Shown piece after piece: positions 15,465 through 27,003 of a stretch of 64,000 nt of DNA; positions within the stretch are counted from its first letter, which is position 1, and each line of letters begins with the position of its first letter. The position numbers were made by a program, and so were the translations under genes. The notes beneath the pieces are model-generated. The model saw only the letters and a list, made by a program, of their open reading frames with translations, was not told the origin of the DNA and searched no databases. The stretch is from the human T2T-CHM13v2.0 reference genome, Homo sapiens. The DNA is taken from NCBI RefSeq assembly GCF_009914755.1, contig NC_060925.1; one strand, written 5' to 3'.

Positions 15465-15866
<402 letters not shown>

Positions 15867-15877
15867 GATTTGGGGTA

Positions 15878-16172
<295 letters not shown>

Positions 16173-16807
16173 AATTTGGGGCGATTTTCTAAAACGTGTT
16201 GCTCATTCATATTTTTAATTCTTTGACTACAAATGTCTACTAGTTGTGTAATTTTAAATAAATAAAGTAGAAGAGGAGCCTTAAAAAATAAAAGCTTTGA
16301 GTGTAGTATTGGAAGACAGCCCAGGCAACCTACTGGCCAACCCCCTCAAGGGGAGAATCATGTCTGTGATTAAGGACAAATGAGATATTCAATATTAGAC
16401 AATCGATACTAAAGCACCAGAATTCCTTTAAAAATGGAACATTGTTGTTTTCTCAGACACACTGGTCTAGCTTCTAGCCCCCTTCCACAATTTTCATTTC
16501 TTTCACGATACAATAAAGCTCTTCTGGTAAAGTCCAGTCTTCCTTGTGCAGCTGCCCTGGCAGGGGTCTTGAGGAACCCCAGATGAGGCTTGAGAAATCA
16601 GCATCTGTACTGAAATTTATCTTAGGGGGGCTTATCCAAAATTAGACAAGAGCAGGACATTTTCAAGACAGCTCTGCCCCTTTTTCAATCAAGTCACCAA
16701 ATCCTTCAAGAAATCCCTGTCTTGCTTTATTGCAATCATGCTTGTGTTTTCTTTCCAGTGTGTTGGCTCTACACTTTTTATTTTTTATTTTGTGCACAAG
16801 TCCCCTG

Positions 16808-17118
16808 TTTTTTTTTTTTTTGGTTTTTTTTTTTGAGACAGGGTCTTGCTCTGTAACCCAGGCTGGAATGCAGTAGCACCATCTCACTTCACTGAAGTCT
16901 CGACCTCCTGGGATCAAGCGATCCTCCCACCTCAGCCTCCTAAGTAGCTGGGACCACAGGCACATGCCACCATGCCGGGATAATTTTTATATTTTTAGTA
17001 AAGACGAGGTTTCGCCATATTGCCCAGGCTGGTCATGAACTCCTAGGCTCAAGTGATCTGCCCACCTCAGCCTCCAAAAGTGCTGGGATTACAGGGGCAA
17101 GCCATCCTACCTGGCCCA
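16808..17118 (-). mobile_element. AluJ
   Basis: Antisense dimer with polyT. Confidence 0.92.
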
Positions 17119-17870
17119 AGACACTTTTGACTGAGCTTTCATTGTGGAGTTTGCTGATCATTGGGCAATATCGGATTTTTCTATCCATTTGTCTGAGGAC
17201 TCTGAGGAGGTGAGAGACAGGTAATTTCCTGGAGTCTTTTCTCGCTCGCTGTCTGGGTCAGTCCCCAGGGTCCCTCCCTCCTGCCTCCCTGCAGCCCTCC
17301 TTACCAGCAACTAAGTCACAGCTGTCCTACAGAAAGAATCCATAAGCCCTGCTGCTAACAAGGTGACCTGTGGCGCTTCTTGGCACTGGATGCATGGACG
17401 AATGGAGAGAGGGCTCCAGCACAAACAGGAAGGGGAATTCTCTAATCTAGAACATTGCTGCTTTTCACTCCCCACCTACCCCTTTCACATGCTGAATCTA
17501 TAACAAATAAGGAACTCATATCTGGATTCTGAATCCACTTTTATAAACGAAACTAAACAGAAATCTCTGGGAGTGAAAATGTTAAGTGCACTTTACTCAT
17601 CAAGGTTCTTTAGGAGAAGTGTCTAGAATGTATCATGTAGGAAAGTGGGGACTGAAGCAAGTATGATGAATAAACTGGGCATGTGTCACAATTGATCCTC
17701 AAGTAGCTGAGTTTGCCCAAGGGAAATTTGTATAAAGAGCCCTGGAGTCCTGACCAGCTCCTTACCTCTTGCAGATCTCCAGCACCCTGCCGGTGGCACT
17801 ACTGAGAGACGAGGTGCCAGGGTGGTTCCTGAAAGTGCCTGAGCCCCAACTTATCAGCAAGGAGCTCATC

Positions 17871-17881
17871 ATGCTGACAGA
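17871..17881 (+). CDS. RHEX: RHEX coding exon 1 (ATG CTG ACA GA; whole exon 17775-17881 includes 5'UTR)
   Basis: Acceptor ctcttgcag at 17774, ATG at 17871 (ctcatcATGc), donor GA|gtgagt at 17882. Joins in frame to the next exon to give MLTEVMEVWHG, the recalled RHEX N-terminus. Confidence 0.9.
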
Positions 17882-18122
17882 GTGAGTGGGCCCAACAAGA
17901 GCAGGAGCAAGGTTCCCACCAAGCTAACTGGTGTAGCTGTCTTCCAAGCACACATAGCACCCTTCCTGGCTGCCCCAGCCTTATTGTCCAGAGAGGCAAA
18001 GGGACCTACCCTGGGACACGCAGCAATGCCAGATGTCTGCCTCCAGCTAGGACAGGGATAGGTTTGCAATTGTATTCACATCCTTGCAATCTCTGACTTT
18101 GCCCCTTTTTCTTTCCCAACAG

Positions 18123-18223
18123 AGTCATGGAGGTCTGGCATGGCTTAGTGATCGCGGTGGTGTCCCTCTTCCTGCAGGCCTGCTTCCTCACCGCCATCAA
18201 CTACCTGCTCAGCAGGCACATGG
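18123..18223 (+). CDS. RHEX: RHEX coding exon 2 (transmembrane segment)
   Basis: Pyrimidine tract + cag acceptor at 18122, donor G|gtaact at 18224. Encodes VMEVWHGLVIAVVSLFLQACFLTAINYLLSRHM, a single hydrophobic helix. Confidence 0.95.
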
Positions 18224-19364
18224 GTAACTGGCTCAGCATCCTCTTCCCTCCTAGTCACTCTCAGAGACCATTCTCGAGCCTCCAGCAGGACAAGACCCCT
18301 TTGGAGTTCCCAAACGTCACTCAAAAACCTACCAGAGGACCCACCGGCCAAATTCCTTCCCACCGCTCCCCCTCCCCCCAATAACTGTATCTGGGTAATC
18401 CCCACTCTGACCTCACCTTTTAACCAACTATTTCTGGCTGGAAGTGGCCATCCACATCCGTCTACTACCCAGACCTTCTGCCTAGACACAGCTTTTGCAA
18501 TGCCTACGAGGAAGTGCTCGTGTAACCTGGTCTAATTAATTTTCTTCATCCCTGTTAAAGGACTGAATATGAAGAAATGTCCTTGAATTACAACAGAAGG
18601 AAATATGGTTGGACTTAGAGATTAGTTTAAATTCTTGAACTGATAAACAATAGAAGGTAGTGAAGCTCGGTCCTGGAAAGGCATTTCAATTAGGGAAAAT
18701 AAAACAATGCTGCTTTGGTTGTGCTAAGAGAAAGGACGGGGCAAGATGATGTTTTGAGGGTCTTTCTAGTTAAGTCTACCTTCATTCATTCATTTGTTCA
18801 TTCATTCATTCAGCAGATATTTCTTGAGCATCTAAGACACTCTCTGGGCCTAGGCTACACAACAGGGAACAAAACAAAAATTCCTACCCCCGGAATCTTT
18901 CATTCCATGTGACAACAAACAAGATAAACAAGTAAAACATGTATATGCTAGATTATGGTAAGTGCTAGGGAGGAAAAATGGAACAAGGGAGTTGATACAG
19001 CTTGGTGGATGGCTGGCATCCCCAAAAGGCTAACCTTTGAGTATAAACTTGCAGGGAGTGAGGCGTGAACTCTACCTGCAAAGGCCTGAAGGAGGAACGT
19101 GTTAGGCACATGCTAGCAAGAGCAAAGAGGCTGGGCAGCTGGAGCAGGCAGAGAGAAGCAGGAGAAAGCCAGAGAGGAAGGAGGAGTGAGGCCTCGGAGG
19201 CTGGGACTTGGCTTTTTCCAAGTGAGGCGTGGAACCATGGCAGGGTTTTGAGCACAGCAGTGCTGAGGTTTGAAGGGATCTTTCTGAAAGGTTTGCTTTA
19301 CTGAGGGCAGTGTTCAACAGGCGCTGATTCAAGAGCCGATGTGCCTAACCCAGGCAGCTTCCAC

Positions 19365-19660
19365 TTTTTTTTTTTTTTGAGATGGAGTCTCACTCTGTCC
19401 CCCAGGCTTGAGTGCAGTGGCACAGTCTCGGCTCGCTGCAACCTCTGCCTCCCAGGTTCAAGCAGTTCTCTTGCCTCAGCCTCCCTAGTATCTGACATTA
19501 CCGGCACGCATCATCATGCCCAACTAATTTTTGTATTTTTAGTAGAGATGGGGTTTCACCATGTTGACCAGGCTGGTCTCGAACTTGTGACCTCAAGTGA
19601 TCCATTTACCTCAGCCTCCCAAATTGCTGGGATTACAGGCATGAGCTACTGCGCCTGGCC
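19365..19660 (-). mobile_element. AluS just upstream of a RHEX acceptor
   Basis: Antisense dimer, TSD ttccacttttt, ends ~35 nt before the 19696 acceptor. Confidence 0.95.
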
Positions 19661-19696
19661 AGTTTCCACTTTTGATCCCTGCCCTCTCCCTTCCAG

Positions 19697-19840
19697 CCCA
19701 CAAGAGTGAACAGATACTGAAAGCGGCCAGTCTCCAGGTTCCCAGGCCCAGCCCTGGCCACCATCATCCACCTGCTGTCAAAGAGATGAAGGAGACTCAG
19801 ACAGAGAGAGACATCCCAATGTCTGATTCCCTTTACAGGC
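19697..19840 (+). CDS. RHEX: RHEX coding exon 3
   Basis: ctctcccttccag acceptor, C|gtgagt donor, 144 nt, phase 1-1. Encodes (A)[47 protein letters not shown]. Confidence 0.93.
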
Positions 19841-21177
19841 GTGAGTAAGGGGTTGGAGGGAGAACTTGTCTAGGGACTAACTTTGCTCTCTCTGGACACC
19901 CAGGACCTCCCTGCAGCAACCCCATGGGCCCAAACCTCTAGCCTGAGGATTCCTCACAGCCACATCAGGACAGCCTTGCCAGCCTACTTTTTTTCAGAAA
20001 GGTGTTTTATTCTATTTCGTGGGGAAGATCATTCTGAGTTTGTGTGGGTCTAAGTTCTTTCCCGGGTTTAGTCGTGTGCAAATGATTGCAGGCGGCTTGG
20101 GAAATGTCCCTGCTCTTCTCTTTGTAAAGCCATGGCATCTTTTCTTCGGATTGATCAGCTAATGGTGGAGTTAAAATTTCACCTGCCTCTGCCTGCCTCC
20201 ACCGTGGCTGCTGCTATGTCAGTGTTATTGGCTGGCTCTGTAGCTGGCTCCTCCATAGTCCCTAGAGGGACCCTTTTTCATGGTCTTAGATCTGCATGGG
20301 TATCTGAGTGTATAAATGTGAATCTTGCTGCTGGTTCAAATCTATATCACCCTCCTGCAAGTGAGCCAATAGGTCACTATTCACAGTGGAAGTGGCTGCT
20401 TTGGCAACAAGGCAACTCCCTGATAGGGGCTCACTCACCAGAGATTGCACTTCTTCCACTGGTTTGTCTCTTGATTGGTTTGAATTTGCTCTGTCCTGAT
20501 TTTATCTTTTCAGTTGAGACATGGCCTCAGTGCCTGCCTGTGGGGACCTGAGGGTGCTGCTCATATGCATGTTTCAACAGAACTGGAGAGGCACTGGCCT
20601 TACCCTAACCCCTGGCCCCAAAGCTTCACCAGAGCCTGGCTAGAATCAGAGATTGTTTAGCTGTCAGGGACCTCAGAGACTCTTGTTCAACCCTCTTGTC
20701 TTGGGGGTGACGAAAACCAGGGCACAAAAAGAGATGTGATCTGCCTAGATTTAGTGACAGCTTTGGACTAGAAGGTGTAACTTCTGAGGCCAGAGCTGTT
20801 TGCATTGGGTCACATTGTCCCAGCATGTTCCTCCTGACTTTTCTTTCTGGAAGACAGCCCTTTCCAAGCACAGTCAACCTAGTGTATTTTTTAACATTAG
20901 TTTTAGATGGAGTTGAATGAAGCAGCAGTGCTTGGCCTCTTGGACATGTCCCTGCCTATTTTTGGAGACTTTCTCTCCCCCTACTCTTCCCCTATTCTGT
21001 TTCTCCTTCTTCCTCTTTTGGGGTCTCTGTATCTCTCTTCCCTACCCCCCCTTTTTGTTGCTGGCTCTGCCTCTGTCTTTATCTGATAATAAGACAATTC
21101 TCCCTTCCATTGTCTCTATCCTCTCTTAACACCCTCTGGCTTGCTTTGGAAGAGGAACCGTTTCTATTTCTCCCCAG

Positions 21178-21239
21178 ATGACAGCGACACACCCTCAGAT
21201 AGCTTGGATAGCTCCTGCAGTTCGCCTCCTGCCTGCCAG
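21178..21239 (+). CDS. RHEX: RHEX coding exon 4
   Basis: tttctccccag acceptor, CAG|gtaatg donor, 62 nt. Encodes (H)DSDTPSDSLDSSCSSPPACQ. Confidence 0.92.
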
Positions 21240-21793
21240 GTAATGGATGTGCCTAGTGATCTCAGACGAACATATGCAGTCTGGGGATCCCTGCTGTAAA
21301 ACGCTGAAAACTCAAGTTACCCCAGCTATGTAGTGGGAGCAAGAAAAGAGGGTTTCTTGAGTCATCACAGCATCCTCAGGTGAGGGGGGGTCAGGCTTCC
21401 ACCCATAACCCATATCTGCATGGATCACCCAAACAAAGTGGGTCTGAACAGACTGTAAAAATGAAAGTGCTAATGGGAAACCCTCTTCTCCCCACACCCC
21501 AGTTGTTGGGCTCAAGTCTGCTCTGAGTCCTGATCTCCCTTGAATTGAGTCTCAGCATCTTCCTGTTGCCTCCACCTGCTCGTCTGTAATCCCATTCCCT
21601 GCAGACAGGTGGAACAAAGTCACTGGTAATCTTCCTCATTGCCCTGGACTGCTCCCAGACACAGCTATTTGGACCCAGATCTTCCCCACCAAGCCATGGG
21701 CGAATCTTGTTGAGTAAGAGTTCAGTCCTGGGGTCTTATTTCCCCCAAACGTGGTAGGGATCTTGACCCACATGTCTCTGCTTTTCTCCTAAG

Positions 21794-21994
21794 GCCACAG
21801 AGGATGTGGATTACACACAAGTCGTCTTTTCTGACCCTGGAGAACTAAAAAATGACTCCCCGCTGGACTATGAGAACATAAAGGAAATCACAGATTATGT
21901 CAATGTCAATCCAGAAAGACACAAGCCCAGTTTCTGGTATTTTGTCAACCCTGCTCTGTCTGAGCCAGCGGAATATGATCAAGTGGCCATGTGA
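21794..21994 (+). CDS. RHEX: RHEX last coding exon (tyrosine-motif tail)
   Basis: cttttctcctaag acceptor. Encodes ATEDVDYTQVVFSDPGELKNDSPLDYENIKEITDYVNVNPERHKPSFWYFVNPALSEPAEYDQVAM*. Exon sum 11+101+144+62+201=519 nt = 172 aa + stop. YxN motifs at Y132 and Y141. Confidence 0.95.
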   Translation, partial: ATEDVDYTQVVFSDPGELKNDSPLDYENIKEITDYVNVNPERHKPSFWYFVNPALSEPAEYDQVAM

Positions 21995-22443
21995 ATTCCA
22001 AATATTTTTAATGGGGTCCAGTTCTCTATGGATTCTTACATTTAATTTGTAGGGAAATGCCATTTTTCCCCCTTAAACAAGGCATGGGGCTCACAAGTCT
22101 ATGGAGACAGGCCAAAAAGAATGTGGAGAAGAAAACTGATAAATACACAGAGGTCCTCAAGACCCATGGACTCCTGGTCTGTACCCAAAAAAGCTGTTCG
22201 TTCCTCAAAAACAAAAACAAGGCTTGGCTGGGAAAACAGGCCAATGCCCCGGCAAGAAAGGTTGAGATCAGATGTTAGGAAGAACTTTCAGGTAAAGTAT
22301 GAGAACTATGGAGTCCATCAGCAGAGATAGTAGTGAAGTCTCTCCCCAGGGAAAATTTTAAAAAGGTTGAATCAGCTGTTGTAGAGTTCTATTTGGCAAT
22401 CTCATGGTTAAATGACTTCCCTTTGAGCTCTTTAATTATTGGC

Positions 22444-22475
22444 AATAAACAACTTCTTTAAAAGTTTTAAATAAA
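22444..22475 (+). terminator. RHEX: RHEX polyadenylation signals (two AATAAA)
   Basis: AATAAA at 22444-22449 and 22470-22475, followed by T/GT-rich sequence (ttcctcttttcctgttg), ~450 nt after the stop. Confidence 0.8.
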
Positions 22476-22988
22476 ATAGCAACCACCACCAGTTCCTCTT
22501 TTCCTGTTGCCTAACCCTGCAGTTTTCCTTGTTTTCAGTGATGTGTTTTGCTGAGTAATCCTCCTCTGTCCTCAGAACTTTAAATAGTGCATTTACAAAG
22601 CCCACCATCAATCAACCTTTGAATCTGCTGTTTCTTATAAGCCAAAGATGACAAATGGAATTTTGGTAAATATCAACCAGCATCATAATCTCTTATTCCA
22701 AGAAAAATCTCCCAAAGCTCAATCTAATAAAATTCAAGATTCATTCCTGGTGTTTTTAAAAAAACAATTAGGAATACAGGGACACTTCCTAACTCAATTA
22801 AGAATGATTTATCTCAAATCAGGAGATTACATGATATTTAACTGTAAGCTCCTAGACACAGTCCTATTAAGTCAGAAACAAAGTAAGAATGTCCACAAGC
22901 CTGCCATTTCCTTTGTTATCTAACATTGTTCTAGAAGTTCTAATCAGTTGATAAAACAGTTAACAAAAGCAAGAACTATGAAAAATTG

Positions 22989-23292
22989 GAGCCAGGCACG
23001 GTGGTGCACGCCTGTAGTCCCAGCACTTTGGGAGGCTGAAGCAGGTGGATCACTTGAGGTTAGGAGTTCAAGACCAAACTGGCCAACGCGGTGAAACCCC
23101 ATCTCTACTAAAAATACAAAAATTTGCTGGGTGTGCTGGTTGGCACCTGTAATCCCAGCTACTTGGGAGGCTGAGGCAGGAGAATCACTTGAACCCGGGA
23201 GTTGGAAGCTGAGTGAGCCAAGATCATGGCACTGCACTCCAGCCCGGGTGACAGAGCAAGACTCTGTCTCAAAAAAAAAAAAAAAAAAAAAA
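22989..23292 (+). mobile_element. AluS
   Basis: Full dimer with A-tail. Confidence 0.95.
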
Positions 23293-23909
23293 TAGAAATG
23301 AGGAAAAATTTGTCATCCTTTTCAGATATCCTAGCCCTAGAAAACCAGAGAATTAAAATGCTTTAAAATTGATAACATGAGTAACCAGTGACTAGAGAAA
23401 TATTTTTCTCCAACAGCTAATTTGACATGAAGTAAAAAGAAATTTTGCTCATAATAGCTAAACAAACATGCCCCCAAAATTGAAACCCTAGGTTTACTCC
23501 TAGCCAAATTCAAACCCAAGATCAGTGGTATTCAGGTTTTAGACACCTGAGATTTATTAACTGTGCTCCATTTGCTGGCTGTGGATGACCCTCCCAGCCC
23601 TGGTGCTGAGAGCATCAGGCAGGCTTTCCTCCTCCTGAGTTCTTCTTCCCCAAGATGATCTAAGGGGATGATTCTGGTTTGGGTTTCTGGGGTTGGAAAA
23701 TGTTGCTGGCTTGTTTGTCCCTTCACCTTTTAGCTACCACTGTCGTTCCTCTCCTTACAAAGCTTTTTTTAATGGGGTACAACAGAGTCTACTGATTAGA
23801 CAGGCAGAATGAGGAATAAATACCAAAAATAATAACAGCAACATTGTCCCATCAAGAAGTGAAACTCTACTTCTTATTGATTTCTTCTATTTATTATTTA
23901 TCTAATTAT

Positions 23910-24528
<619 letters not shown>

Positions 24529-24930
24529 TTCAAGAGTGTACTGAAGAGATTCAGACAAGTTACATTGCACCCAAGAGACACCGCAGGGACAATGCTGAGA
24601 CAGCTCCCACCAGGAGAGGGGATGAGAGTAAACAGACTGCCTGCTTTCCGCAGAATTCTGGGACAGGCCTTGGGTGTTGAGAGGAGAGATCAACAAAAAG
24701 AAGATTGGGTGGGGTCAAGGCATCTATGACCTAATTGTGGGGACAGGAAAGAGCCAGAGAGCATGTACAAAACAACATGTAAAAAACAATGAACACAGAG
24801 CAATGAAACCAGAGCCTATCAGTATTTACACAGATCCGGGGAATAGGATGTTAGAATCAGCCAGCCTTAATCAGAAAAAACATCCCAGAAAGAGGTGATT
24901 TCTGACCTCAGTTTAGAAAAAAAGGGCGGA

Positions 24931-25423
<493 letters not shown>

Positions 25424-25567
25424 CTAGAATGATTGTAGACCATCTGATTAAGCTCTGTAATAAACTCTGCTTCAGAAATATGACATTCAGTAGTGAATAT
25501 ATCATGGAGGTTAACATTAGAACCCACCCTGATTGCTTATTAAGTGAAGGCATTCTTGGAGAGTGCT

Positions 25568-25604
25568 GTTAGATTTAACAGTTAGATTTAACAGTAGATT
25601 TAAA
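25568..25604. repeat. 13-bp tandem repeat (gttagatttaaca) x ~3
   Basis: Two exact units plus one degenerate unit. Confidence 0.85.
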
Positions 25605-26802
25605 CGTGTGACCCTACCAAGTGACTTACAGAGGTTAGAACTTCAATAGTGCACATGACTACTCAGATGCCCTCATAAGTACAGAGGAAGGCTGATGTCA
25701 CCTCCTGAGGAGTTTGAGCCAATAAGCTAATAATTGGGGCCAGCTAACAAATTGAACTAATCCTCAAAGTCATTGCAAGCCACGTAGAAACAAAATGGCC
25801 TTTTGTTTGTCATATTTCCATGAGCTTCAAGGGTGAGCTGTCTAAATCGGTACAAATAGTCACCTGTATGAGTAACCACCCTTTGAGGAGCATAGCTTCC
25901 AGTTCAGTGAAGTCACATTCTCCCACGTTATATGTCATTGGTACCTCCCAGAAACAATCATACTGTTTCACACTGGGTTTCTCCATGGACATGGACTGGA
26001 CAAAGATTTTTCCAAAATTATCTGATAATAAGACACAGAAAAACTGATTTGCTATTGGCAACCAGTAGATGGTGGATTACATGCCAACAATGACCTAGGA
26101 ATATAGACCACAGTAGACCATAATAAATGTGACCTGTTTTCAATGAATTCTTATTCTAAAGGAGCAAGCATCCAAATGCTCACCATGGGAACTGCAGCAA
26201 AATTCCACGAGCATCCTATTAGCCACCAAGACGTGCTAGGGTGAGGAGGTATTTTACGCTCAACATCAGTGGGTTTCTTTGCTTCTGGAATTGGGACAGA
26301 TTGCTGGGCTCCGAGGCACTCTCAGAGAAGCCTCCTAACCCATGCCCCCAGATTCTAAACCAGAACCCGTAAAGTAACTATAGCTCATGTGGCTTTTTGA
26401 GGTCCTACTAGGGCCCTCAAACACTGACTCATGTGTCTTGCTGCCTTTTGGGCAGGAATTCCTATACTCATTTCCTCACCTTGCAGTAGAAACCTCTTGT
26501 TCTTTGCCTTGCCAAATCTCCGTGGGTTTAGAGAGAACCCAGTGTGTGTCCATGTATCTCAGGAGAACCGGGTCAAGTGAGGGACCAAGACTCTTTGGAA
26601 CTTGAGGACTCACAAGCTAAGAGGCTGGGTGACTTTCCTAGCCTTCCCTGTTAGTCATTACTGCTTCATATCCTCCAGGAGAGTTAAAGAATGTGCACTG
26701 GATCTCAGCAATATTTGGCTAGAGAAAGGGCCTTACCCTGATTCTTAGGCAGGAGCTGCCAAGTCAAGCCCAGCGGAGGCCAGGCCCACTTTTGGCTCCA
26801 CA

Positions 26803-26816
26803 CTGCCACCTTGTGG
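26803..26816 (-). promoter_or_regulatory. CTCF-like motif between the convergent 3' ends
   Basis: ctgccaccttgtgg = CCACAAGGTGGCAG on -, one mismatch to the core CCASYAGRKGGCRS. Confidence 0.6.
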
Positions 26817-26997
26817 TCCTATGGCAAACTCGAAGACACTGCTTTTCCCACTTAAACTGGATGCAGGGTGGCCCCTTTCCCCAGCAACCTCACCCCTTCA
26901 CTCAAGACAAACACACTTTAATTTTATCTTGCACATCCAATTATCATTGTCCCTAGAAAACTAAAGATGCGCAGGAATTTCCTGGATATTAAATCTT

Positions 26998-27003
26998 TTT
27001 ATT
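26998..27003 (-). terminator. AVPR1B: Probable distal AVPR1B polyA signal (long ~3.2 kb 3'UTR)
   Basis: tttatt on + (AATAAA on -). A second candidate lies at 28704-28709. Confidence 0.5.

Noticed and set aside
20132-20551. 139-aa ATG ORF in a RHEX intron
   Set aside because: No recognisable homology. The RHEX CDS is complete without it and the length is compatible with chance.
22057-22330. Lys-rich short ORFs in the RHEX 3'UTR
   Set aside because: Downstream of the stop in A-rich UTR, with no coding signature I can support.
25568-25604. Short direct repeats as a CRISPR-like array
   Set aside because: Eukaryotic DNA, adjacent tandem units with no spacers.
25810-26061. Overlapping ORFs on both strands between the genes (possible old transposase or pseudogene remnant)
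   Set aside because: I could not recognise any family. A tBLASTn/Dfam search would be needed.
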